Both the position numbers and the translations under genes were made by a program. A stretch of 64,000 bases of DNA, from positions 953 to 64,952 of the IMG/VR virus record IMGVR_UViG_3300035698_023197. The stretch is one strand, 5' to 3'. The notes under the pieces were generated by a model. The model saw only the letters and a list, made by a program, of their open reading frames with translations, did no database searches and was not told where the DNA came from. Below are positions 18,029 through 27,535 of this stretch, one piece after another (position 1 is the first letter of the stretch; the number at the start of each line of letters is the position of its first letter). The stretch is from a virus (lineage: Duplodnaviria; Caudoviricetes).

Positions 18029-18745
18029 TTACTGCAAGAAGCTCTTCGCGTCGAAAGCGTCCGATTCTGGCTCGTTGTCGTCGTGGTTGTATTCTGGCTC
18101 CTCAGGTTCGTCGCCCGGTTGGGTTTCAAACTCCGCACCGGGGACGTCTGGGATGTCTCCAATACCAGATAGGCCCATTGCCTGTCCGAGTGGTTGGGAA
18201 CCGACGCCGTCGAAGAAAGACATCCACGTGATGTTATCTGGGTCCCAAGCGACCGTGCCGAACATGTGGGCAGCGTCAATGTCTTCGCCATCCCAAGCAT
18301 GCAAAATGGCTTGCATGGCGGTCTTGGACTCCTTGGATTGCAACATCGGGTCTTCACCCATGTAAGCTTTGTGCAGCGTAATGAGGTGCTTCAAGACAGG
18401 GCGATTGGTCTTGGCCAAGTTCCGGAGACTGTCTGATGCGGCTTCCGTGGCGGCTTCTCGGAGTTGAGTCTCAAGGTCAGCCGGTATCTCTTCAGTGAGC
18501 CTGTCGAGGATGGTAGTATAGGCTTCCACGAGAGGGTTGCCGCTCGGGTAGCTAAACACTGAACCCTGTTGCAAGTCCGCAATACGGACTGGTTCGAATG
18601 CAGTGTTCATGGCCAACCCACCGTCTTCGAGGATCAAAAGACCCTCATCTGGCGTGCAGTGTCCCGGAGTTCCGTGGCCAGCGGCCCAGTGCTCCAGAAA
18701 AGCGCGTTCAATTGAGTTGACTCGGAAAGTGTCAAGCGTATTCAT
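18029..18745 (-). CDS. Acidic hypothetical protein, putative head core protein
   Basis: Repeated FLE/ILE/LVE/LTE/LRE motifs; TAGGTAT upstream. Confidence 0.65.
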   Translation of the reverse strand: MNTLDTFRVNSIERAFLEHWAAGHGTPGHCTPDEGLLILEDGGLAMNTAFEPVRIADLQQGSVFSYPSGNPLVEAYTTILDRLTEEIPADLETQLREAATEAASDSLRNLAKTNRPVLKHLITLHKAYMGEDPMLQSKESKTAMQAILHAWDGEDIDAAHMFGTVAWDPDNITWMSFFDGVGSQPLGQAMGLSGIGDIPDVPGAEFETQPGDEPEEPEYNHDDNEPESDAFDAKSFLQ

Positions 18746-18754
18746 CGAGAATAC

Positions 18755-19801
18755 CTAGTCATCTTGGGAGGTCTCCAACATTTTCTGCAAGATGGAATCA
18801 ACCGCCAGGTCCTGATAGATGGCGGGAGCCTTCACTTCGTCGAGTGGCCTGATAGGCTTGAAAACCTTCCCCTGCTTTACGAGGATGATGCGGGCTGCGT
18901 CGAAAAGTATGTGGTCCCGGTCGATGAGTGGTTTGGTCACTCTCAATAGGGCGGGCTCCAGTGGAGAGCTTGGCATGTGCGCCATGTGACCGAAGTCGTC
19001 GTAGTAGAATTTGATGAGGTTCTTTTGGCTGGCCCAGGATTGGGCCGTCTCGAGTAGCGCTTCCTTTGCTGCCCCGATTATCACCATCCGACGATCTTTA
19101 TCCCCCTTGATCTTCTTGCGCTCAGCAGAGCGGGCTTCCCCAAAAGGTCTGCGAGTTCCGTTGTACATGACAGGTGATTGATCCCACGATCCAGTCGGAA
19201 GTTTGGCAAAACGCCCCAGAAGCTCGCAGGATATCGCCCAGAACACTGATGGTACCATGAGCGCCCAATCGAAAGGTTTGCCGGAAAAGCGGTAGTGGCT
19301 GGCGAGCGCAAGGTAATCCTTCTCAGACTGGGCAATGTCAGCTCGCACTCTCCGGGTGAAGTGGGTTGGATCAGTCGCGTCTCCGTACATCTTGGAGAGC
19401 CACTCGCGGTGTTCCCGCAAGTATTCCAATGCTGATTCGGCGAACAAGATGGTGTTGACGAAAAAGGGCGTCCGAGACTTCTTGGTGCGATGGAGGTGAG
19501 CACAAACAGCCATCTGCAGGAAGCGAATTACCGCATACTTTCCCTTCAGAGACTCATACTGTTGCAGCCTCTCGCACACCTCCTCATTAGGCATCCACCC
19601 CCCACCCTCTGGCTTATCACCGACGACGGTGATGTGGACCTGGATAAGCCGGTCATAAGTTTGTTTCGCGTATTCTGATGGTGGTGTCACTAACGCAATA
19701 GAACGCAATGACTGCAACCCCCCGAGCGCTAACCCCGCGTAGTCCCGACCGAGACGGTGCGAAGCATCGTCGACGGAGGGAGCTTTAGGTGCTTCGCCCA
19801 C
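18755..19801 (-). CDS. Hypothetical protein
   Basis: 348-aa ORF, no motif recognised; start uncertain. Confidence 0.65.
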   Translation of the reverse strand: MGEAPKAPSVDDASHRLGRDYAGLALGGLQSLRSIALVTPPSEYAKQTYDRLIQVHITVVGDKPEGGGWMPNEEVCERLQQYESLKGKYAVIRFLQMAVCAHLHRTKKSRTPFFVNTILFAESALEYLREHREWLSKMYGDATDPTHFTRRVRADIAQSEKDYLALASHYRFSGKPFDWALMVPSVFWAISCELLGRFAKLPTGSWDQSPVMYNGTRRPFGEARSAERKKIKGDKDRRMVIIGAAKEALLETAQSWASQKNLIKFYYDDFGHMAHMPSSPLEPALLRVTKPLIDRDHILFDAARIILVKQGKVFKPIRPLDEVKAPAIYQDLAVDSILQKMLETSQDD

Positions 19802-20095
19802 CGCCCTCTCTCCCAGAGAGGGTGTTACATTACTGTTGAAAACAGTAATTCAGTCCGCCTTTTACGTGTGCGTACGCGTTTTCCGCGAGCATGAAATGGT
19901 CATTACGCAAAATGAGTGTACTAAGAACGTAAAGGGAAACATAAAAAAAGGGAAAAAAGGGAGACGCGACTACAAGCAGTCGACTTCGTCATAAATGAGA
20001 AGTCGTGTGGTCAACACCAACAGGTCCGTAAGGACCTTTGTAAGGCCCTTACCGCGCGCGCGCGCGCCCGCGCCCGCGCTCGCTCGCTCGCATAC
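19802..20095 (+). other. Hairpin-dense non-coding region (candidate structured RNA or origin)
   Basis: At least six stem-loops, an A/G tract and a (CG)n run in the longest intergenic region of the window. Confidence 0.5.
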
Positions 20096-20165
20096 GTTTC
20101 CTTTCAGCAGCAGATTCGAAATATTGGTGGCTGGTCATGTTATACGGCTTGTTTTCTAGCCTGTC

Positions 20166-21056
20166 ATGGACCCAAACAACATCACGGCCAGGATCATTGC
20201 CGACAGCCAGAACACTCACGGCCAACGACTTACCAGCTTTCTTCTCCGATATCCGAGGTTCATCCATTCGGAATTGATGACGCACCGGATGCTGAGCCGC
20301 AATGCGGCGTCGAGCAGAGCTATCCCAGTCAAGCGGATGATCGCCACTATCAGAGCCAACCCGGCGCTTCCTGAATGGTGGGGAGCCACACAGCGCGGCA
20401 TGCAAGCCAAGGCCCAGGTCGACGAGGCGGCACTGGCCATCTGCAAGGATTTGTGGATGCAACAACGAGACCTAACCGTCGAAACTGTCTCGCAGCTTTT
20501 GGACGCCGGGTTGCACAAGCAGATCGCTAACCGACTCCTTGAACCGTGGAGCCACATCACGGTACTCGTCACTGCTACCTGTTTCAGCAATTTTTTCTCG
20601 CTGAGAGCCCACCCCGATGCCCAACCCGAATTTCAAGTACTGGCCTACAAGATGCTCCAACGATTTTTGGGGCAGTCTCCAGAGGATGTCGCTGAGGGTG
20701 AGTGGCATATGCCGTTCGGCGATCAGATGGACGACAGCATGGACCTCCAGCAGCGGCTCAAAGTCGCCACGGCTCGCTCCGCCCGACTGAGCTACAACAC
20801 ATTCGACGGCGTCATCGACCCACTCAAGGACTACGAGTTGCATGACGATCTGGCAGCTTCTGGCCACTGGTCCCCCTTCGAACATTGTGCCATGGCCGAC
20901 CCTGTCGTCGTTAGTTCCGGCAACTTCCGTGGCGGCTGGCGTCAGTACCGTGCCACCTTCGAACGGGAGAACAGGACAGCAGTCGACCTCGACAGAATCC
21001 TTGCCGACAAGCCCGACTGGATCGACACTGCAGAGCCCGTGGAGGTTGCGGCGTGA
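20166..21056 (+). CDS. thyX: Flavin-dependent thymidylate synthase
   Basis: YPRFIHSELMTHR..SRNAASSRAIP, HKQ.ANRLLEP, LR.H.DAQPE, H.SPFEH. Confidence 0.93.
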   Translation: MDPNNITARIIADSQNTHGQRLTSFLLRYPRFIHSELMTHRMLSRNAASSRAIPVKRMIATIRANPALPEWWGATQRGMQAKAQVDEAALAICKDLWMQQRDLTVETVSQLLDAGLHKQIANRLLEPWSHITVLVTATCFSNFFSLRAHPDAQPEFQVLAYKMLQRFLGQSPEDVAEGEWHMPFGDQMDDSMDLQQRLKVATARSARLSYNTFDGVIDPLKDYELHDDLAASGHWSPFEHCAMADPVVVSSGNFRGGWRQYRATFERENRTAVDLDRILADKPDWIDTAEPVEVAA

Positions 21057-24000
21057 GCGAAGATGATGGCCCAAAGCCGGGGACAACCAACCCGCTATGC
21101 GAAAAGTGTGGCTTCCACAAGCTCTGCAAGAGTCCCTTCCAGACGGTAGCGTGGATCGACAAGAATGGGTCGCCCCACAAGGGCATGCCGCCCGAGGATG
21201 AGAAACCTGAAGAGGGGTGGCTCGCCGTGGTCGGAGACGCCCCGGACGTGCGGGCTGACAATAATAACGACATCCGAGCCAGTGAATCCGTCCGGTTCAT
21301 GGCGAAACTCGCCCAGCAGTCTCTCGGTATCTCGGGTCGGGTCGTCTACTTCCCAACTCTGCGTTGCATGCCCCGCAAGCTGCAGGAGAACGAGCTAAAA
21401 GACGCCAAGCCGACCAAGACTGAGCTTGCTCGTTGCTTCGATAACTTCACGAAGCCATTAATTGAAAAGCTCAAGCCGAAAGGCGTCATCGCATCCGGCT
21501 ACCTCGCGTCAAACCGAGTCATCGGGCGGATGGACTTTCAGAACCTCGTCGGGCGGACCTATAGCTTTGCGGGTGCTCCATCCCGCGCTGTGTGGCCAGT
21601 CGACTATCTGCTGCGCGACACGGCGGGCCAGAAGCAGGAGTTCATGAGCATCTGGCGCGATGCCTTGGATCGGATCGACAATCCGGACCTGAAAAACGTC
21701 TGGAGCGACACGATCGATTATGACTTGGTCACGACGCCCGAAGGGTTGTTGGCCTGGTTTCGCCCGCTCCTCGCTTATTTCAAGGAGCAGCGAGCAAATG
21801 GCGAGCGGGTTGTACCTGTGGCGTGGGACTTGGAGACCTCGTCACTGCACGTCTTCCAGCGAGCGTACTACACAGGTCTGATCTCCTTCGACCACAAAAC
21901 TCAGGCCAATCCGCTGGTCGTCCCGCTCAAATATCCTGGGGCAGACAAGATCTACCGCCGAGAAAATCCGGACGATCCGCGCTCTTGGGAAGAGTGCCTG
22001 ACGCAAATCGACGCGATTTTGAAGAAGCTGCTGGAGTCTCCAGCCATCCCGAAGACAGGCCACAACTTGATGTACGATGAGGCGGGAATCTTCGCCGACT
22101 ACGGGTACGAGCCCAAAGGCTTCTACGCCGACACGATGTTGCTGAACTTCATTCTCCACCCAGAGGAGAAGGGCTTGAACTCGTTGGACGACATGTGTCG
22201 CAAGCTGCTACCAAACATTCCTCATTACTGGGAGAGGTTGTACGCGTATCGGCAAGAACATGAGATCGAGACTTACATGGACATACCAGAGGCGACTCTG
22301 TTTCCGTATGCTGCGTACGATACTCGTGTCACGTCCATGATTCTAGCCGAACTCGAGAAGCAGCTCGACAACGACGAACATGGCGGCTGGTTCATGCGGA
22401 CCACAGAGCCTCCAGAGACGCCGACTTATTCGATGCGGGACTATGCGATCCATGGCAGGAGCGTGCACCACAAACTTTGCGGACACCTGCAGCGGTTTGG
22501 CCAGCACTATGACGAGGATCTCGTCGAGCAGATTTACACCCACTACGACGCCCTGCGCAAAGACTGGGGAGGACAGCTGGCCGAAGATGAGGACTTGATC
22601 CGGTTTGAGACCGAGATGCTGGGACCCACGGCTGGTCCATCCACCGACGCCCACAAGTTGTGGAAGAAGTGGCGCGAGGCTGGTATGCACCGTGCCATGG
22701 ACGAGGCTTTAGATACCCAGAAGCGTGAGCACAAGATCGCTAACGAGAAGTACAAGGAAGATGCCAAGGCGTGGCGTTCTCGGTGTGCCGTCTTCGTCAA
22801 TGGGAAAGTCGCAGAGATGCGAGCAATGCGGAAGGCATCTGGAAAAGAAGATCCCGGCGCGGAAAAATGGAAAGAAGTCCGCACTAAGATGAAGAGCATG
22901 TTCGAGAGGCTGATAGAAGAGCCACCACCGAAAGCCGTCGGACCGAAAGTCGGCGACTTCAAGAAGAATTTCAAAGCGACGTTCGACCTCCCCGAGGGCC
23001 ACATGCCTGAGCACCTGCGCCCTCGCATCTCGTGGTCCAGTGTGCCGCAACAGAAGATGTTCTTCATCGACTTCCTCAAGCTGCCCATCCTCAAAAAGAC
23101 CGAGAATGGCGGTCCAAGCCTCGATGCTGACGTGCTGCTCAAGTATTCGAATCACCCACATGGCAACGACACCGCAAAGAAGCTACTAAGCTGGCGCGGC
23201 ATGGACAAGTTCATCGTCAGTTTCCTGGACCCGATCATAAACTCTGCCGAGACGGAGCCGAAAAAGAAGATCGTGCACGACGATGGGTTGATTCACTGTT
23301 CCTTCGGTGCGGGAGATACGACCACTGGCAGACTGTCATGCGTCGCCCCTTACACTGAACTTAAGACACCTTACGGTAGAATTAGAATTGACGCGGCACA
23401 ACCTGGTATTTTGGTGGACTCAGGGAACGGTAATTACAAGCGTGTCAAAGAAGTTTATTATAAAGGTATCTCCCCGATGTTCCGTGTTACCAACGGGAGG
23501 GGTGACCATCTCGACTGCACCATCGATCACAAACTCCTTACCCCAACGGGGTGGCGGCGAGTTGGAGATCTCTGTGAAGGAGATCTGCTGTTACCAGCAA
23601 ATAACAACGTGGAAGTTGGAACACCCAGTGATCTTGAGCGGTCAAAGGAGGTATCAAATATTGTCCCCGGAGAGCTACCAGACGTTGTACCTTGCTCAAG
23701 CCTTACCCCGCAAATGGTTTGTCGAGAGGGGGGTAAAAACCAACATACTAGTAGTGTCTCAAGCTTTGTACGGGGGGAAAGCGAGCGCAAGGAAAAGAGA
23801 ATTGTGCAGTTCGACTCCGTGGAATCGAGGGTCAAAGAATCCGCCGTCGGTTCTACTGGGGAAAGAAGACCTGGAGAAGATGATACTTTTGGGGCTTCCT
23901 CCAGAAGGGATGGCGAAGATGATGAAAGTGTCTCCGTTTTTGTTGAGTCGCAACTTACAATGGCACGGCTTGGCGGAAGGAGTGGGGAGGCGTCTGGGCA

Positions 24001-26689
24001 ACTTGACAGACGCAGACTGGGTGATGATGGGAAAACTGGAAAATTTCGCCCCAGGGTTGATGGATACAGCGAGAGATTACTTCTGCAACCCGGGTCCTTA
24101 CTTCGACAAGTTGTACGAGGCGCATTTGGCATGGATGGACATGCGGTTACTAATACTAAAGGCCAAGTCTTCGCATTCCTATCACTGCGGGAGGGGAAAT
24201 GTACCGAAAAACCAGATTTGTTGGTCTATCAACCAGGCAGAAGCGTTGCTATCCACGGAATTGTCGAGGCGCGGGATTCAGCACGTGAGGGAATGGCCGA
24301 TGGACAGCGGTCCATCCTCCCGGATGGTAGATTTTCTAATCAACAATGTCGTGGTGGAAATAGATGGAACACAGCACTTAGAGAAGAAAGAAGCGGACGA
24401 TCAAAGAGACGAGGAGTTGCGTTCGAGGGGGTTGGTGGTGGTGAGAGTCCTGGAAACGACGATCAGGAAATCTTCCACCAATTGGGTGGGGGAGACGTTA
24501 CTGCCGTTGTTAGTATTGCCCCGATAGGGGAGCAAGAGGTGTGGGATATTCAAGTAGAACAGGATCACTCGTACGCATCCGGCTCGTTCGTTTCTCACAA
24601 TAGCAAGCGGCCCAATATGCAAGCCATCCCACGAGATGGTCTGGTCAAGAAAATCTACGGCTCACGATACGGCAAGCAAGGTTGGATCATGACGCGAGAT
24701 TATAGCGGGCTGGAAGTTCGGATCATGGCCTTGATGGCGCGGGATGAGGCGTTGCTTCATTCTTTCCGGACTGGTGGCGATCCGCACTTCGACATCACTC
24801 AGAAACACTTCTTCGGGGAGAAGGCCAACGCCAAGGACAAGACCCAACGGTCGATCTGCAAACGAACCCTGTTCGGCAACATTTATGGGCAAGGCGACAA
24901 GGGGCTTTTCGAGATGCTCACGGGTGAGGCCATTATCTCGCCAAACACCGGAGAGCCTGTCACTCTCGAGGAGTGCGCAGAGTTCAACAAGATGTTGTAT
25001 GAGGCATTGCCGGGTGTTGGTGTGTGGACGGACCTTGCACATGAACAGGGTATTCGCCACCACTGGGCGTGTTCGGCCTTCGGGTTTGTGCGACCGCTCC
25101 CAGATCTCAAAAGTTACAAGGCCATGAAGGCCCAGGAAGCAAACAAGTCGTGGGACGAGAGGCAAAACGACCGCCGATTGAGGATGTTGAGCATGGACGT
25201 TTCAAAGGACTTACGCAGGTCCCAAAACATGCCAATTCAGTCCTGTGCATCTGACCTCACAGTATTTGCCGCATACTGGATCAACCGCCAATTTGAGCAA
25301 GAAGGACTCGACACCCGCGTCTTCAATGTTGTACACGATGATATATGGTGTATGACAGAGGATGTACACGTCCTCAAGTGGGGTGATGGGTGGGTGACCC
25401 ACGACAAGTTAGTCGAGGGAGACAAAATCCTCACAAAAAATCCTGAGACAAAGTCTTTAGAATGGCAACCAGTACTGCGCAAAACTTACTTCGGAAAACA
25501 GCCAGTAAAAAGAATAAAGCACAGAACCATTGACGTTACCACAACCTCAAATCACCGATGGCTCGCCGACAATAAAAGCGGGAATACTCGCACACTTCTG
25601 ACATCGGAGTTGGAAAAGCTGTCCGATAGTTCTGGGAGGGTGCACAGAACTGGGGTCAATGGGAATGCGGATAGCGATTACTCCGACGACTTCCTTTCCC
25701 TGGTGGGTTGGGTCATTACTGATGGGTCAATGACGCAACCAAAAAGAGGGGGGCCTCGTGGCTATGTGTGCCAAACCAAAGAGGAGGTGCTGAGTGACAT
25801 GTTAACCACAATAAATCACAATGGTTGGGGCACGGGTAACGTCTCTACAGGCGGTAGCGGATGTTCGAAGATCCACCTTAACGCAGCCACTAGTTTGCGT
25901 TTGTCCTCTATTTTGGAACCGGGATTCAAAACTCTCGACCCTTTATTCATTTGGTCATTATCACAACGTCAGGCCAACGTAGTGTTTAATGCATCGATGC
26001 AAGGGGATGGTACGACCAGAGGAAATGCCAGGTTATTGTATTGCGAGAACGAAAAGGAGGCGCTATCAATACAACAACTTGTGGTGGCTATGGGGTCGTC
26101 GTCTCATGCTTACAAAAGAAAAGGCGAAACAAAACCGCGATCTCTCAAGTGCGGCAGAGAGATCAAAACAAATTTGGGATGGATTGTTCACGTTTACTAC
26201 TCTCCTTACTTCACCAAAGGACGCCTTAACAATTTCGAAAATAGTGTGGAAAATGTGTGGTGTCCATCGGTCGAAAATAGATTCTTTGTGGCGCGTAGTA
26301 AAGGCTTCACATTCATTACCGGCAACTCAGACGTGCCGTGCGACGACGAAGTTATCCCCGTGACATGCATCTACAAAGACACAATGGACCACGTCACCAA
26401 GTGGTTGCCAGATCTGCTCCCCGGGTACGATGCCAGCTGGATCGACATACCAATCATCGGGGAAGCCGAACTCGGCGTCAACCCGAAGGATGCCCTCGCG
26501 TTAGTGGAGGAACCCACAAAATACGACGATACGAAGACTCTTAAACTGCAGATTACTCTGGATGACAACACAGATGACACATATGACGTGTTTTCTAAAG
26601 ACGAAGAAAAGGGATCTGCTATACTGGAGTTTGCGGGGAATGAGAGAGCCATCAAGGAGGCTCTGACGCTCAAACGGATGGTTTTTTAG
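21053..26689 (+). CDS. polA: Family A DNA polymerase with N-terminal UDG-like domain, 3'-5' exonuclease and two inteins
   Basis: CEKC..VVGDAP..RC (UDG-like), DLET/HNL.YD/YAAYD exo motifs, TGRLS|S..PN.Q.IPR, DYSGLEVR (motif A), R..CK..FG..YG (motif B), N.PIQ, VHDD (motif C). Confidence 0.95.
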   Translation: MSEDDGPKPGTTNPLCEKCGFHKLCKSPFQTVAWIDKNGSPHKGMPPEDEKPEEGWLAVVGDAPDVRADNNNDIRASESVRFMAKLAQQSLGISGRVVYFPTLRCMPRKLQENELKDAKPTKTELARCFDNFTKPLIEKLKPKGVIASGYLASNRVIGRMDFQNLVGRTYSFAGAPSRAVWPVDYLLRDTAGQKQEFMSIWRDALDRIDNPDLKNVWSDTIDYDLVTTPEGLLAWFRPLLAYFKEQRANGERVVPVAWDLETSSLHVFQRAYYTGLISFDHKTQANPLVVPLKYPGADKIYRRENPDDPRSWEECLTQIDAILKKLLESPAIPKTGHNLMYDEAGIFADYGYEPKGFYADTMLLNFILHPEEKGLNSLDDMCRKLLPNIPHYWERLYAYRQEHEIETYMDIPEATLFPYAAYDTRVTSMILAELEKQLDNDEHGGWFMRTTEPPETPTYSMRDYAIHGRSVHHKLCGHLQRFGQHYDEDLVEQIYTHYDALRKDWGGQLAEDEDLIRFETEMLGPTAGPSTDAHKLWKKWREAGMHRAMDEALDTQKREHKIANEKYKEDAKAWRSRCAVFVNGKVAEMRAMRKASGKEDPGAEKWKEVRTKMKSMFERLIEEPPPKAVGPKVGDFKKNFKATFDLPEGHMPEHLRPRISWSSVPQQKMFFIDFLKLPILKKTENGGPSLDADVLLKYSNHPHGNDTAKKLLSWRGMDKFIVSFLDPIINSAETEPKKKIVHDDGLIHCSFGAGDTTTGRLSCVAPYTELKTPYGRIRIDAAQPGILVDSGNGNYKRVKEVYYKGISPMFRVTNGRGDHLDCTIDHKLLTPTGWRRVGDLCEGDLLLPANNNVEVGTPSDLERSKEVSNIVPGELPDVVPCSSLTPQMVCREGGKNQHTSSVSSFVRGESERKEKRIVQFDSVESRVKESAVGSTGERRPGEDDTFGASSRRDGEDDESVSVFVESQLTMARLGGRSGEASGQLDRRRLGDDGKTGKFRPRVDGYSERLLLQPGSLLRQVVRGAFGMDGHAVTNTKGQVFAFLSLREGKCTEKPDLLVYQPGRSVAIHGIVEARDSAREGMADGQRSILPDGRFSNQQCRGGNRWNTALREERSGRSKRRGVAFEGVGGGESPGNDDQEIFHQLGGGDVTAVVSIAPIGEQEVWDIQVEQDHSYASGSFVSHNSKRPNMQAIPRDGLVKKIYGSRYGKQGWIMTRDYSGLEVRIMALMARDEALLHSFRTGGDPHFDITQKHFFGEKANAKDKTQRSICKRTLFGNIYGQGDKGLFEMLTGEAIISPNTGEPVTLEECAEFNKMLYEALPGVGVWTDLAHEQGIRHHWACSAFGFVRPLPDLKSYKAMKAQEANKSWDERQNDRRLRMLSMDVSKDLRRSQNMPIQSCASDLTVFAAYWINRQFEQEGLDTRVFNVVHDDIWCMTEDVHVLKWGDGWVTHDKLVEGDKILTKNPETKSLEWQPVLRKTYFGKQPVKRIKHRTIDVTTTSNHRWLADNKSGNTRTLLTSELEKLSDSSGRVHRTGVNGNADSDYSDDFLSLVGWVITDGSMTQPKRGGPRGYVCQTKEEVLSDMLTTINHNGWGTGNVSTGGSGCSKIHLNAATSLRLSSILEPGFKTLDPLFIWSLSQRQANVVFNASMQGDGTTRGNARLLYCENEKEALSIQQLVVAMGSSSHAYKRKGETKPRSLKCGREIKTNLGWIVHVYYSPYFTKGRLNNFENSVENVWCPSVENRFFVARSKGFTFITGNSDVPCDDEVIPVTCIYKDTMDHVTKWLPDLLPGYDASWIDIPIIGEAELGVNPKDALALVEEPTKYDDTKTLKLQITLDDNTDDTYDVFSKDEEKGSAILEFAGNERAIKEALTLKRMVF
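23339..24601 (+). mobile_element. Intein 1 in DNA polymerase (421 aa)
   Basis: Starts CVAPYTELKTPYG after TGRLS; block B CTIDHKLLT; block F VWDIQV; ends SHN followed by Ser. Removing it restores TGRLSSKRPNMQ. Confidence 0.93.
23574..24527 (+). CDS. Nested out-of-frame endonuclease (HTH + Vsr/DUF559-like) inside intein 1
   Basis: +1 frame relative to pol. AE..L...L..RGI...RE, VDFL...VVVEIDG..H....D..RD..L...G..V.R; GGAG 6 nt before GTG 23574 (start inferred; frame is open from 23307). Confidence 0.85.
   Translation: MKEICCYQQITTWKLEHPVILSGQRRYQILSPESYQTLYLAQALPRKWFVERGVKTNILVVSQALYGGKASARKRELCSSTPWNRGSKNPPSVLLGKEDLEKMILLGLPPEGMAKMMKVSPFLLSRNLQWHGLAEGVGRRLGNLTDADWVMMGKLENFAPGLMDTARDYFCNPGPYFDKLYEAHLAWMDMRLLILKAKSSHSYHCGRGNVPKNQICWSINQAEALLSTELSRRGIQHVREWPMDSGPSSRMVDFLINNVVVEIDGTQHLEKKEADDQRDEELRSRGLVVVRVLETTIRKSSTNWVGETLLPLLVLPR
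25349..26326 (+). mobile_element. Intein 2 with LAGLIDADG endonuclease (326 aa)
   Basis: Starts CMTEDVHVL after VHDDIW; TTSNHRW; LVGWVITDG and FNASMQGDG blocks; VWCPSV; ends ITGN followed by Ser. Confidence 0.92.
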
Positions 26690-26717
26690 ATCACCAAACC
26701 ATTCACAAAGCTTTACC

Positions 26718-27266
26718 ATGAATCCGCAACCCACAAAATTACAAACAATCGAGCCCATCACTTTTGATGCCCCCACCACGAAGCGCATTCTTACAGACGC
26801 CCAGCTAGGCAGCGACTTCCGTAGCGTAAAAGACAAGATCCGGTTCCTCTCAGCGAGAGAGATGCTGAAGTATATTCCGTCTACAGGGAAATACGGGGGG
26901 CTTCGAGCCCGAATCGCTCGCGAAGTAGGAAAGAGCCCTCAGTACGTGCACCAAGTGCTTTTCCCCAAAGACAAAAGCAAGACATTCTCCAACACAGGTA
27001 CGGTCGGGTTTGCATACTGGCAAATCTGGCAAGCGCTGGCCGACATCCTCGACAAAGATGATAACGCCGCCACATGGAGAGAATGGAAAGAGATCATCGA
27101 CGATATACGAATAGGGAGCGTCCCTGTTATCGTGAAGGAGCCAGGTACGGCAGTCTTCAAGATCTTGTGTAGCCGACTGAAGGACCAAGGGGTCTTGTAC
27201 AAAGTGAAGACACACCAGAAATGGCCTCACTCCTACACGTTCACTGGTCCTTGCTGCAAAAAGTAG
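26718..27266 (+). CDS. Hypothetical protein with HTH-like segment
   Basis: LRARIAREVGKSPQYVHQVL resembles a helix-turn-helix. Confidence 0.6.
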   Translation: MNPQPTKLQTIEPITFDAPTTKRILTDAQLGSDFRSVKDKIRFLSAREMLKYIPSTGKYGGLRARIAREVGKSPQYVHQVLFPKDKSKTFSNTGTVGFAYWQIWQALADILDKDDNAATWREWKEIIDDIRIGSVPVIVKEPGTAVFKILCSRLKDQGVLYKVKTHQKWPHSYTFTGPCCKK

Positions 27267-27274
27267 CTATCCTT

Positions 27275-27535
27275 ATGGGACAAGCAATTCGACTCGGTGA
27301 CAGTCTTGACGACGGCGGTGCTGCTATGCAGACGCCAAATCAAAACGTCATCATAAATGGGAAGCGGGCCGTAGTGGTCGGCGGATACGTCGCCTCCGCG
27401 AAGGATGGCCCGCTTCCCGTGGTAACTGGCAGTTCGGACGTGTTTATCGGTGGTAAAGCCGCCGCAAGGACTGGTGACACCGACGTGTGTGGCAATGTGT
27501 TTGACGGTGGCAGTCATGATGTCTCGATAAACTGA
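27275..27535 (+). CDS. PAAR spike-tip protein (gp5.4-like)
   Basis: AIRLGD, V.INGK.A, GSS.VFIGGKAAARTGD...CG....GS.DV; start reassigned to ATG 27275. Confidence 0.9.
   Translation: MGQAIRLGDSLDDGGAAMQTPNQNVIINGKRAVVVGGYVASAKDGPLPVVTGSSDVFIGGKAAARTGDTDVCGNVFDGGSHDVSIN

Noticed and set aside
19858-19936. Multi-branch fold as a tRNA
   Set aside because: No T-loop consensus, proper anticodon arm or CCA end.
20049-20138. Short - strand ORF ending RGRGRARAR
   Set aside because: Explained by the (CG)n low-complexity run; no other coding evidence.
23307-23573. 5' part of the 406-aa nested ORF as real protein
   Set aside because: It overlaps the conserved extein and intein N-terminal blocks and looks like shadow sequence; GTG 23574 with an SD is more plausible.
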